Source: a virus
Taxonomy: Duplodnaviria > Caudoviricetes
Length of the DNA: 53,262 nucleotides
Strand: one strand, 5' to 3'
IMG/VR virus record: IMGVR_UViG_3300013285_000020
Coordinates: 1-53,262 of that record
The stretch's first letter is position 1; each line of letters opens with the position of its first letter. A program made the position numbers and the translations under genes. The notes beneath the pieces are model-generated. The model worked only from the letters and a program-made list of their open reading frames with translations. It was not told where the DNA came from and ran no database searches. Shown piece by piece: positions 38,614 to 48,900 of this stretch.

Positions 38614-39372
38614 TTAGCCAGTTACCCAAGTTAATGGCATCGAACCTTCTTTGTAATTAATCAAATCTAATTCCAATTGGTCCATTTCAGCTTTGGCTTC
38701 TGCTTTGAGCGTGGCACCGTTCAATCCTGAACTGCCCTGTGGTCCTGCTATTGCGGGGAATTTTTCGCGAGCTTGTCCTAGCATCATTTTGGCATTGGCT
38801 AGACTGTAATCTTTCAACCACTGTCCGGCATACATATCACTGAACAAATTAAAATCTGGGCGATAATTATACATCCAAACTAGTACTTGCTCGTGTGCAT
38901 GCGGACGTTGTTGAACACTTAATGTATGGTTGGTAGAATTGTAAACAAAATTAATATCGCTACCAAACATTTTGCCGACCTGTTTCTGATATCCAGCAAA
39001 GGCATAATAAGTAGCTAGGCCACCCATGTTTGTTGAAGCTAAAAGATATGTATTTGAGTAAGCCAGGTTAAACGGCTCAAACAAACTACCACCATCCCCT
39101 CCCCCTGTGCGTGAACCAATACTGCGTCTAAAAAGTTGTCTAATACTGATAACTTCTTTTGGCATAATATATTCGTTTGTATCAGGGATAAGATCCAAAA
39201 ACCCGTAACTTTCTTCTACAGCATTGCTACTACGTTGGCGGTATTTGGCCAAGGACCGATCAATTGCTGTGTTATAGTGGGCAGGATCTAATTCTACATC
39301 AACCATACCATCACCTAGCATGAGCTTAATATAGTCAATTACATCTTGTCTGGATTGTTCTGTTTCAGTCAT
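38614..39372 (-). CDS. Neck/head-tail adaptor protein (gp13-like)
   Basis: LGDGMVDVEL, WLKDYSLA..K..LG..R.KF and LNG motifs. Start reassigned to ATG 39372. Confidence 0.75.
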   Translation of the reverse strand: MTETEQSRQDVIDYIKLMLGDGMVDVELDPAHYNTAIDRSLAKYRQRSSNAVEESYGFLDLIPDTNEYIMPKEVISIRQLFRRSIGSRTGGGDGGSLFEPFNLAYSNTYLLASTNMGGLATYYAFAGYQKQVGKMFGSDINFVYNSTNHTLSVQQRPHAHEQVLVWMYNYRPDFNLFSDMYAGQWLKDYSLANAKMMLGQAREKFPAIAGPQGSSGLNGATLKAEAKAEMDQLELDLINYKEGSMPLTWVTG

Positions 39373-39377
39373 ATAGA

Positions 39378-39393
39378 TATTTAGCCATAAATA
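39378..39393. promoter_or_regulatory. Back-to-back TAAATA late-promoter-like motifs
   Basis: Minus TAAATA 39378-39383 and plus TAAATA 39388-39393, each 5 nt from its ATG. Confidence 0.7.
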
Positions 39394-39398
39394 CAAGT

Positions 39399-40610
39399 AT
39401 GCCAAGACTAAGCCTCTACCGTCCTGAAAAGGGCAATGATTTTAAGTTCATCGACCGCGTTGTAAACGAACGTTTTCAGGTAGGTGGAACGGATATCTAT
39501 ATACACAAATATTTAGGACCAGTTGCTTCAACCGGAACTAATGTTACCCCAACTACTCCAGCAAATACTGGAACCAATGTCATTCCAGAGTTAGGAATTC
39601 AAGACGTATTATTCATGGAAAATCGGGATAGAAATTACGAACCCGATGTATATATTATTCGTGGTATATATCAAATGCAAGATTTAGATTTTAATCTAAG
39701 TCAATTTGGCTTGTTTTTAACTAACGATACCATACAGATGCATTTCCACTTACGTGGGCATGTGGACTCATTGGGTAGAAAGATTATGCCAGGTGATGTA
39801 CTAGAGTTGCCTCACTTGAAAGATGAATATGCGTTAGATGATAATGTAGTAGCATTAAAAAGATTTTATGTTGTACAAGATGTCAGCCGTCCATCAGCAG
39901 GATTTAGTGTTACTTGGTATCCTCATTTGATTAGAGCCAAATGTGTGCCTCTAGTGGATAGTCAAGAATTTGCACAAATTCTTAATCAAGATAGCGGAGC
40001 AGGTGATGGTAGCACACTACGTGACTTGCTATCAACGTATAATAAGAGTATTGAAATCAATGACAATATTGTTCAACAAGCCATGCTAGATGCTCCTGTA
40101 TCTGGATACGATACAAGTCCATTTTTTATTATTCCCACAAGAGATTCTGGATTAGTTGATTTTGCCGATGCCAGCGATGATATTGATGATGCCAGCATGG
40201 ATCAAGCTATAATGGATGCCAGTATGGTATTGCGTACTCCTAAGAAAAACTTATACGTTGGATATTTAACAGCAAGTGGTATGCCACCCAATGGTGCTAG
40301 TTTTGGATCAGGTGTTATATTTCCTTTCCATCCAGCAGTGGGTGCATTTTTCCTACGTACAGATTATCAACCAAATGCTTTATACAGATTTGATGGACAT
40401 AACTGGGCCTTATATGAAAAGAACGTACAAATGACCATGAATGAGTTTGGAAAACAAGATACAACCTCTGGAAGATTTGCTGGTGATGCAGTTAGACAAA
40501 CACAAAAAGGCTCGTTTATTAATAACACTAACACGTCTACAATTAATGGCACAGTAATTGTAGAGCGTCAAGCATTGAGCAAAGTATTAAAACCTAAGGC
40601 AGATCAATAA
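39399..40610 (+). CDS. Neck/head-closure protein (gp14-like) with extension
   Basis: LSQFGLFL and GDVLELPH motifs; lies between the gp13-like and gp15-like genes. Confidence 0.55.
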   Translation: MPRLSLYRPEKGNDFKFIDRVVNERFQVGGTDIYIHKYLGPVASTGTNVTPTTPANTGTNVIPELGIQDVLFMENRDRNYEPDVYIIRGIYQMQDLDFNLSQFGLFLTNDTIQMHFHLRGHVDSLGRKIMPGDVLELPHLKDEYALDDNVVALKRFYVVQDVSRPSAGFSVTWYPHLIRAKCVPLVDSQEFAQILNQDSGAGDGSTLRDLLSTYNKSIEINDNIVQQAMLDAPVSGYDTSPFFIIPTRDSGLVDFADASDDIDDASMDQAIMDASMVLRTPKKNLYVGYLTASGMPPNGASFGSGVIFPFHPAVGAFFLRTDYQPNALYRFDGHNWALYEKNVQMTMNEFGKQDTTSGRFAGDAVRQTQKGSFINNTNTSTINGTVIVERQALSKVLKPKADQ

Positions 40611-42010
40611 TGGATTTCTTTTACGATGGTCAGGTACGTAGATACCTAACACAATTTATTAGAGCAATGAGCAATTTTGCCTACCAAGATAATGCTGGCA
40701 ATTTAAAAAGAATTCCTGTAATGTATGGAGATCCTACTCGCCAGGCCGCATCAGTAATTAAAAAGAATAGTGAGAATACAATTCCATCCGCGCCGTTTAT
40801 TGCTTGTTATATTAAAAATTTAGAATACGATCAAACTAGATTACAAGATCCAACATTTGTTAGCAAAATGCAAATACGCGATAGAGCAGTAGATCCCACA
40901 ACTGGACAATACATGAATGTGCCCGGCAGTGGGTATACAGTAGAACGTATTATGCCTAGTCCGTACAAATTGACTTTTGCCGCAGACATATACACTACTA
41001 ATACTGAACAAAAATTACAAATATTAGAACAACTTATGGTATTGTTTAATCCTAGTTTAGAATTGCAAACCACTGACAATTACATAGATTGGACTAGTCT
41101 AACAGTTTTACAACTGGCATCAACTACTTGGAGCAGTAGACAAATTCCTCAAGGAACTAATCAAGATATTGATATTGCCAACTTGACATTTACAACTCCC
41201 ATATGGATTACTCCTCCAACTAAAGTTAAAAAACTTGGAATCATTACTAAAATTATCAACAATATATTTTCTAATGACACTGGCATAGTTTCTTCATCAT
41301 ACAGCGATTTGGACGCGGTATATGATAGTTTAGGAACTCCAGCTGGCACGGCAGTTGTTACCCCAGGTAATTTTGAACTATTGGTATTAGATGGTTCGGC
41401 CAGATTATTGACCAATCAACTTACTGCAAATCCAGAATCACAATCAAATACCAACAACTGGTATTCATTATTAAATTTATATCCTGGACAATTTACAGCA
41501 GGATTGAGTCAAATACGTTTAACGACACCTTCTGGTAGTACTATCGTTGCTCACGTTAGTTTAGATCCCACAGACGACAGCAGAATGGCATTGAATTTTA
41601 ATAGCGATACAATTCCCGGTAACACAATTATAACCTCGGCAGTTGATAGTAGAGGTACTATTGATGCAATTATCAACCCAGAAACGTTTAATCCAGAGTT
41701 CTCTCGTATAGGTGTAAGATACCTGTTATTAGAAGGGATTAATCAAGTAGATGGGTTCAGTACAGCCAATAGTTTCCCTGGACCAGTTGCTTGGCAAAAT
41801 GCAAATGGTACCAATTTCCAAGCTCATGCTAATGATATTATACAGTGGGACGGCACACAATGGAATGTTATTTTCAATAGTACTACCATCCATACAATAT
41901 ATTACATAACTAATTCATATACTGGCATACAGTACATATGGGAGAATGATGAATGGAACAAGAGCTTCGAAGGAATTTACAGTCCAGAGCAATGGAGCCT
42001 AGTGCTATAA
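40610..42010 (+). CDS. Tail terminator/sheath stabiliser (gp15-like) with C-terminal extension
   Basis: FFYDGQVRRY, IPVMYG, PSPYKL and QILEQLMVLFNP. Confidence 0.75.
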   Translation: MDFFYDGQVRRYLTQFIRAMSNFAYQDNAGNLKRIPVMYGDPTRQAASVIKKNSENTIPSAPFIACYIKNLEYDQTRLQDPTFVSKMQIRDRAVDPTTGQYMNVPGSGYTVERIMPSPYKLTFAADIYTTNTEQKLQILEQLMVLFNPSLELQTTDNYIDWTSLTVLQLASTTWSSRQIPQGTNQDIDIANLTFTTPIWITPPTKVKKLGIITKIINNIFSNDTGIVSSSYSDLDAVYDSLGTPAGTAVVTPGNFELLVLDGSARLLTNQLTANPESQSNTNNWYSLLNLYPGQFTAGLSQIRLTTPSGSTIVAHVSLDPTDDSRMALNFNSDTIPGNTIITSAVDSRGTIDAIINPETFNPEFSRIGVRYLLLEGINQVDGFSTANSFPGPVAWQNANGTNFQAHANDIIQWDGTQWNVIFNSTTIHTIYYITNSYTGIQYIWENDEWNKSFEGIYSPEQWSLVL

Positions 42011-42435
42011 GTCAAATAATCTGCAGTGGTGGCATATTTCTTGCCAAAGACACTGGTAGGTTTTTATTCTTACTGCGTACTCAAGGCAAAACTGCTGGCA
42101 CATGGGGATTAGTAGGTGGCAAAAAAGAGCCCACTGATGCAACGCCTTACGAAGCACTCAATAGAGAAATTGCTGAAGAGGTTGGTGAAACTCCGCAAAT
42201 TAAAAAGACTATTCCTTTAGAACTGTTTACCAGTAATGATCAACATTTCCAGTACAACACCTATATTTTAATAGTTGAGAAAGAATTTATACCAACACTA
42301 AATGATGAACATTCAGGTTATGCTTGGTGTAGTTTTGACAACTGGCCTAAACCCTTGCATCAAGGTGTTAAGAACAGTCTTGCTAATCGGGTAATTCGCG
42401 CTAAGTTGGAACTACTTTTAGATTTACTTGATTAA
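41992..42435 (+). CDS. Nudix hydrolase (start uncertain)
   Basis: WGLVGGKKEPTDATPYEALNREIAEEVG Nudix box; LNDEHSGYAW. Confidence 0.85.
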   Translation: MEPSAISQIICSGGIFLAKDTGRFLFLLRTQGKTAGTWGLVGGKKEPTDATPYEALNREIAEEVGETPQIKKTIPLELFTSNDQHFQYNTYILIVEKEFIPTLNDEHSGYAWCSFDNWPKPLHQGVKNSLANRVIRAKLELLLDLLD

Positions 42436-43077
42436 ATCAGGACCAAATGCCCATGTACCTAAGTGGCGCATTTCCATACTCAAGTTAGTATCAACTTTAA
42501 CAGTATAACCAACTTCGGCCATTTTTTGACAAAAGATCATATCTTCGCCCAAATGATCGTTACTTTCAGGTGTCCATCCAAATTCAAACCATGGCTGAGG
42601 AATCTCACTCAGGATAGATGTCTTCATTAACATACAACCCATGCCAACGCCTTCTACTAGTGCAAGCTCGTCTCTAGATTCAAATGGTAATGGTTCATTC
42701 CAATCGCCAATTTTTTCATAAGCAACCCCCTTAGCAGGTAGTTGTCTACGAACATAGTTTGCGGCAACAATATCTTCATTGTGAGCCAATAACCTTAATG
42801 ACGTAGTTGATGGAAAAGTCATGTCGCTATCTAACCATAGCATGTATTCAGCACCTGATTGCTGTGCGGCCATGGCCAGTCTTTCACGTTGTGTTAGCAA
42901 TACTGTACTGGCATCCATGAACACATGAGTGTCCAAATTGTTTTGTGTGTTTAGCTTGACCATGTTGGACAAACATAACGCAAATGCTGAATGTAATGTG
43001 TCCCGGCAGGGAATTGCTATTGCAAGTTTGTTCTTTTTCAAACTCCACTTGCTGGATTCAAATATACTTTTTTTCAT
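42424..43077 (-). CDS. Glycosyltransferase family 2-like protein
   Basis: AIAIP, WLDSD (DxD), GVGMGCMLM, GEDMIFC and HLG. Confidence 0.8.
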   Translation of the reverse strand: MKKSIFESSKWSLKKNKLAIAIPCRDTLHSAFALCLSNMVKLNTQNNLDTHVFMDASTVLLTQRERLAMAAQQSGAEYMLWLDSDMTFPSTTSLRLLAHNEDIVAANYVRRQLPAKGVAYEKIGDWNEPLPFESRDELALVEGVGMGCMLMKTSILSEIPQPWFEFGWTPESNDHLGEDMIFCQKMAEVGYTVKVDTNLSMEMRHLGTWAFGPDLIK

Positions 43078-43541
43078 GCGCCCGCAACATCTCTACTTAA
43101 AGTTTCACCCTGAATGACTAATTCGTGAATACTGTTAATTATATCCTGTGTTCGTTTGGCTGTCAAGATAAAATCGTTGGGTGCTAGCTTACACATAACG
43201 TTCATTGTTTCAAAAGTAACTTTATCTCGAGTAAGTACTTCTACGGCACTGCGTCTTGCCAAATCTTCAATGAAGTTTTGCTGTGCTAATTCGTCATCAT
43301 CTGACATCAATTGTTCACATTCTGCTTGATCCAATTCCTGTGCCAATGATTCTAAGATTGATAATTCAACAGATTTTGCATCTGTAGTACGCAACTCTTG
43401 AATGCGTTCTAAAAACTTTCTCAATGTCACTGGGTTAGTTGTTCTATCGCTATAAACAATATTATCTAATTCCCAACGACTTGGGCCAGTATTGGCCAAT
43501 CCTAAAAGTTTATTAACATCTAATTTTGATTTCTTTTTCAT
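43074..43541 (-). CDS. Hypothetical protein
   Basis: 155-aa helical ORF coupled to both neighbours. Confidence 0.6.
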   Translation of the reverse strand: MKKKSKLDVNKLLGLANTGPSRWELDNIVYSDRTTNPVTLRKFLERIQELRTTDAKSVELSILESLAQELDQAECEQLMSDDDELAQQNFIEDLARRSAVEVLTRDKVTFETMNVMCKLAPNDFILTAKRTQDIINSIHELVIQGETLSRDVAGA

Positions 43542-43777
43542 TACAATGATCCATAATATGTATACGGTGTTACAATACCACCAAATGTGGCAGACAATGA
43601 AATCAGCGTACCAGCAGTTTTACCACCATAACTAACGCCAAGTGTTGCACTTAAAGAAATGTTCTTCCCTAGCAATTGAGCTTGAGTAGCTGTGCCAGCA
43701 AATCCGCCACCACCGAAGGCCACGTAAACTGCGCCCATTGCTATCGATTGTCCCGTTGCTGGTATAATGCCTGCCAT
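43541..43777 (-). CDS. Small Gly/Ala/Thr-rich protein, probably tail-fibre associated
   Basis: AGGAGG SD; internal repeat ISLSATxG; follows the chaperone-bearing fibre gene. Confidence 0.6.
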   Translation of the reverse strand: MAGIIPATGQSIAMGAVYVAFGGGGFAGTATQAQLLGKNISLSATLGVSYGGKTAGTLISLSATFGGIVTPYTYYGSL

Positions 43778-43791
43778 TTATGCCTCCTAGG

Positions 43792-45921
43792 TTATTTACC
43801 AACCAAGGAATCCACCATGGCTTGTAGTTGAGCAATTTGCGTTTGTTGTTCTTTAATAGCTTCTACTAACAATGGTACTACTTTTTCGTATTGAACAGTC
43901 TTATAGTTCTCTCCTGATTTACTATTGCCATTTGTATCGGTATCAAACGGAGCCAATTTAACTGCTTCAGGCAACACAACTTCCAAATCTTGAGCAAACA
44001 ATCCCACGACTTTTTTAGTTGTATCGTATCCGACCAATCGTTTGGCTAGGTCATTCCAATTGTACGTAATACCATTTAATTTTAACACCTTATCAACTGC
44101 ATTGTCAATAGATTTTACATTAGTTTTTAACCGTTTATCTGAACTATATGCTGTAATTTCACCAGTTGCATTTAGAGTACTGTTTACGGTTACTGTAATA
44201 CCAGTACCTGCACCGGATACAGTCAAGCCAGCAGTACCAGTAACTGTAGTACCACTGGCATTATAAAAGGCCACATAGTTTACTGTACTTGCGCTAACAG
44301 TACCAGACTGTCCAGTAGTACCCTGTGTACCCGGACCTTGAACGCCTTGAACGCCCTGTATACCAATTACACCCTGTGTTCCTTGTACCCCTTGTGTGCC
44401 TTGAGCTCCTTGAGCACCAATTGCCCCTTGTACACCTTGACTTCCTTGCACACCAGTAGCACCTTGAGTACCAACACCCCCAACACCCCCAGTAACACCC
44501 TGGGTGCCTTGAGCACCAGTAATACCTTGATTACCTAATACGCCTTGAGCACCTGTTGCTCCTTGTACACCTTGAGTACCAACACCGCCAACGTTACCGC
44601 TGAGACCTTGTACACCTTGGACGCCCTGGGCTCCTTGAACACCTTGCCCGCCTATAGTACCCTGAGCACCAACAACACCTTGTGTTCCAGTGCTACCAAT
44701 TGCTCCTTGTACACCTTGTACACCTTGAGCACCTTGTGCTCCAAGGTTACCACTTAGACCTTGAACGCCTTGAACGCCCTGAGCACCAGTGGCGCCTTGT
44801 GCGCCCTGAGTTCCTTGAGCACCTACAGTTCCCTGTGCACCAGTAACACCCTGTGTACCATTTGTTCCCTGTACACCCTGTACACCCTGAGCTCCTTGAG
44901 CACCAGTGGCGCCTTGGGCGCCTTGTGTACCAATAGTTCCTTGTGCGCCAGTAGTACCTTGTGGACCAGATGTAGATGGTTGAAACTGCAACTGATTACT
45001 AGTTGCGCTCATGGCCAACACATATGTGGCTGTGGTAGCATTAACTTGTGGGAAAGTTAATCCCTGTGGAAACTCAACTGTGACTGCACTGGCCAATGTT
45101 AATGTTGAAACTACTGTGGGTTTAGTAACAATAACGTTGTTAAATGTTGTAGCGGTTACTGTTGCACCTACAACTAGGCCTCCAGCAATACTTGCACCAC
45201 CGCTTACTTGGAAAGATCCAGATGCCGCGCCGCTTGTTGGAGTAGTACTGGTTACTATGGTGGCATAGGCTGCGGCAGTTCTTAAGTTAATGTTACCGCC
45301 AAAACCACCATATAAATCTAGTGTAGCATTGTTACCTGCTGTAAGGCCAGCCGCTCCACCAATACTTGGTGCGCCACTCGCGCCACCACTTAAACCAATT
45401 CCTGCGCCAGGTGCGCCAATAATTCTAGGACTTTGACTAGAATCAATAATAACAGGGTTACTTACATTACCAAACGATGCTTGAGCACCAGTGGCAAACA
45501 AATACCCATTTGATGGATTAATATAAAAACTGCTGGTACTATATACTGTTGAAGTTGTAGGTGATGCTGTACTTGTGGATACAAATGTTATATAAAGGAA
45601 CGAATTGCTACCAGTATTTTGTGTTTGAATTTGTGTAGCACTGGCCGCATTACCACTAATACCAGGCGCAGAAAGTGTGCCAGTAACAACCAAGTTGGTA
45701 GCTGTTAATGTACCACCAACATAAACTCCGCCGTTATAGCTGGCTCTGGCGCCACTCTGAGAAGTGGTGTACCCCACCATCCAGTTTCCGCCAGTGTCTA
45801 GTCTAAAGTATTCTGTACCGTTAGCACTGAATACAAAGGGTAATCCGATGACATTAAACGTGCCAGTAGTGACAGCTCCGACGGAGTTTTCTATAAACGA
45901 TAAATTACTAGCAATGGTCAT
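43792..45921 (-). CDS. Tail fibre with collagen-like region and C-terminal intramolecular chaperone (peptidase S74)
   Basis: Long G-X-Y run; YSSDKRLKTN cleavage motif, GLFAQD, YEKVVPLLVEAIKE and a terminal coiled coil. Confidence 0.88.
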   Translation of the reverse strand: MTIASNLSFIENSVGAVTTGTFNVIGLPFVFSANGTEYFRLDTGGNWMVGYTTSQSGARASYNGGVYVGGTLTATNLVVTGTLSAPGISGNAASATQIQTQNTGSNSFLYITFVSTSTASPTTSTVYSTSSFYINPSNGYLFATGAQASFGNVSNPVIIDSSQSPRIIGAPGAGIGLSGGASGAPSIGGAAGLTAGNNATLDLYGGFGGNINLRTAAAYATIVTSTTPTSGAASGSFQVSGGASIAGGLVVGATVTATTFNNVIVTKPTVVSTLTLASAVTVEFPQGLTFPQVNATTATYVLAMSATSNQLQFQPSTSGPQGTTGAQGTIGTQGAQGATGAQGAQGVQGVQGTNGTQGVTGAQGTVGAQGTQGAQGATGAQGVQGVQGLSGNLGAQGAQGVQGVQGAIGSTGTQGVVGAQGTIGGQGVQGAQGVQGVQGLSGNVGGVGTQGVQGATGAQGVLGNQGITGAQGTQGVTGGVGGVGTQGATGVQGSQGVQGAIGAQGAQGTQGVQGTQGVIGIQGVQGVQGPGTQGTTGQSGTVSASTVNYVAFYNASGTTVTGTAGLTVSGAGTGITVTVNSTLNATGEITAYSSDKRLKTNVKSIDNAVDKVLKLNGITYNWNDLAKRLVGYDTTKKVVGLFAQDLEVVLPEAVKLAPFDTDTNGNSKSGENYKTVQYEKVVPLLVEAIKEQQTQIAQLQAMVDSLVGK
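44305..44967 (-). repeat. Coding collagen-like 9-nt-period repeat, (G-A/T/V-Q)n
   Basis: Recurrent ccttg/ccctg units encoding GAQ/GTQ/GVQ. Confidence 0.9.
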
Positions 45922-45956
45922 CAGTGTATCCTAAATATAGTGTATTTACCAACATC

Positions 45957-48900
45957 TTAAGCCTGCGCTTCGCCCCAACGTAGTACCAAGTTTGTCTGTA
46001 AACTTGGTCCAGATGTTAGGTATACATTAATAAACAATGTATCAGGCCCGTTTGGATAACATCCGCGACCGCCTAAAGGTGTATTTGTAAGTTCTTTTAA
46101 TGGGCTCAAATCCAATGAGTCTTTTGAAGCTGGGCTTGAGATGAATGAGAAAATTGTTTCGCCAGGAGACGCCCAAGTATTTCTAGTACCAGTAATTGCT
46201 GTACTAGTTGGAATGTTGCTCAATAATGGCTGAGTTAATGTAACCCATGTTCCACTGATTGCAGTGATAATACTGTTACCAGCAATACCTTGACCGCCCT
46301 GTGCCGCCGCAGTTAATATAATAGCATCACCAATAGCCATACTGGCTGTGCTGGCCACATAAATCACGTTGGTTCCAGAAGTAGTTTGCAATGCCAGCGT
46401 TGTTGAATATGTTGCAGTACCGTCAAATTGAATTGCAGTGCCTGGAGCAATCTGCGTAAAACTTGGCTGTCCAGTACCCAGTACGCTACCTCCTTGTGGT
46501 GTACCTTGTAGTGAGTACCATTGAATGTTATTGACGTTGCTGGGGAAGTTACTAGGATTCAATACACCCTCAATAACCACCGCTTGTGAAGCTGCCGCTG
46601 ATCCAGCAGTGTTTTCAATAGATTGTAATAATAATTGTGATCTGTTGATCAAATCTCTAACACCAAGATCGCCCACTGCCGCGTTACTAACACTAGGTGC
46701 TAGTCGAATAGCAAACGCTGTAGTTTTCTTAGTTGAAACTGTAATGTTTGGAGCTTGATAGTTAAAAATGTAACCACGGTCTTGGTCAAATCCACCGTCT
46801 GTTAAGAAAGCTGACCCCCAATGACTAATAGTTGGAGTTGCTGTTTGACTTACTAGCATTACTCCAGTACCCGCAGTGTGTGCCGCAGCCGTGCCAGCAG
46901 TGAAAGACTGTATAGAGCCGTTAACCCAAGGAACTAATGGAGTAGCTCTAACTAAGCCGTTAAGTGTGTTGGTTGAGGTAGTAACGCTAGAATAGCTAAT
47001 TAATTCATTATCAATATAAACTGTACCCGAGTTTGCAAAATATGTAACATCAGTTACAGTCATGGCAGTATCAGCTGTGCCAATACCTACGCCAGCCAAT
47101 GAACTACGTGCGCCTTCATTAATAACTTCATAACGAACAGGTTGGTTACCTGAACGCATATAAGCTTCTGTGTTAACGTTGGAGTTTTTAATACGGTGAA
47201 CAGTGATATAACTACCATCTGGGCCGCGCAACATCCAATCAATAAATCCAGCACCGTACCATGTCCATTGTAACCCAATCATCTGCATTTTCCATGGTAG
47301 AAAATTATATCCGCTAGGGTTGTAAACGCTACGTGTACCATCGCAACGATCCATGTTCCACTGATTTTGTGGAACTATGATATCTTGTGTTTTAACCATT
47401 TTAGCGCCACTTGTTGATGTACTTCCACGATAGTCAGGAGCTACATACATCCATGTTGAACTAGATATTGACGTAACCACGTGCGACATACCTTTAATAA
47501 CTACGCGATCACCGGCAATTAGTTGATTGTTAAAGGCACTGTTATTACCAGTAATCAAGTTAGCTTCTGGTACAGCGTTGCCAGTTCCTGCAAGTTGTAA
47601 TGTACTTGTTCTTAGACCAACGGCCATTTGAATACCGTCAAATTGCCAGAACATGCCGTTTTGTTCATCGTATGTTCCTGCACGAACTGTTGTACCGTGC
47701 CAACTGATGTGATAAATTTGTGCCGTAACACCAAATGCACCAGTAGTGCTACCTAAAACACTGGTTGCCAATACTGTAAATGTTCTTTCGTCAACGACAG
47801 ATGCTACTGGGTACGCTCCATTGTAACCTGAAGTAGTAATACCAGTGACACCAACCACTGATCCAACTTGTAGTCCGTGGTCAAAGTCATCAGTGACAAC
47901 AGTGATAGTGCTACCAATAGTTGTGCCGCCCGCGGTAATTGTTCGAATGTTGTAGTTAGGAGCAAATAATGCGCCTGTATTATAATTAATAGCCTTACCA
48001 GACTGATAACGTATGTATTTCTTACTCATACGTGTTGCTTGCGACCCATAGTTTGGACCGCCTGCACCTAAACTTACACCACCGTCAAACGGTCTGTGTT
48101 GGTAGAAGGAGTCTGCTCTAGCATAAACTACACCAGTAGGATTGCCTGTAATAGTACCAACGTTACGAGCATTGTAAGTTATAGTTGTTACGCTTGGAAC
48201 TGATTGAATATAAAACGGTCCTTGACATAATGTATGGTTATTAGATCCGTTGTCACTGTTAATAGTGACATAAATTCCCTGCCCAGGTAGTAATCCGTGA
48301 TTGTTGGCAAAAGTAACAGTCACTACACCTGTAGCAGCCGATCCAGAACCTGCTGTAGTGAATGTGGTTGATCCGATGGCCGCCGCAGTATAAAATCCTC
48401 CTTTGCGTACAATAGTATAGGCTGTTAAAATACTAGAGCTGATAGTTTGAGACACTTGACCACGAGCGTAGTATGTAAACTGTATTGAATTTATAACAGA
48501 GTTGATTACAAAGGATCCAATAGCACGGTCAGCACCAGAAATGGTAGTATCTAAGTTTTGAACAGTAATGGCAGTACCAGTTGTCAAATTATGAGCATTG
48601 GCCGATGTAACTGTGATTAAACTTTCCACGGCGGGCTTGCTGCCGCCGCCGCTGGCATCAGTAGTCATGGATGAAATGGTCAAATCTGTACCTGGAATTT
48701 CATAAATGCCCGGATATCCGCGCATCAAACTAATTGTTTGCCACTTGGTCGGCTGTAGCCCGTACTCAAAGTCTGCATCAAGCATACTTTGTGGAGCAGA
48801 CATACGTGTGCGTTCAAATGCATCAGTACCCATGGCCCATGGGCGAGTAACAACTGCGCCGTCAGTACGTTCAATAAAAATCTGTAGTATGTCAGTAGAT

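Noticed and set aside
44305-44967. Periodic repeats as a CRISPR array or non-coding satellite
   Set aside because: The 9-nt period lies in frame within a collagen-like coding region; there are no spacers and no cas genes.
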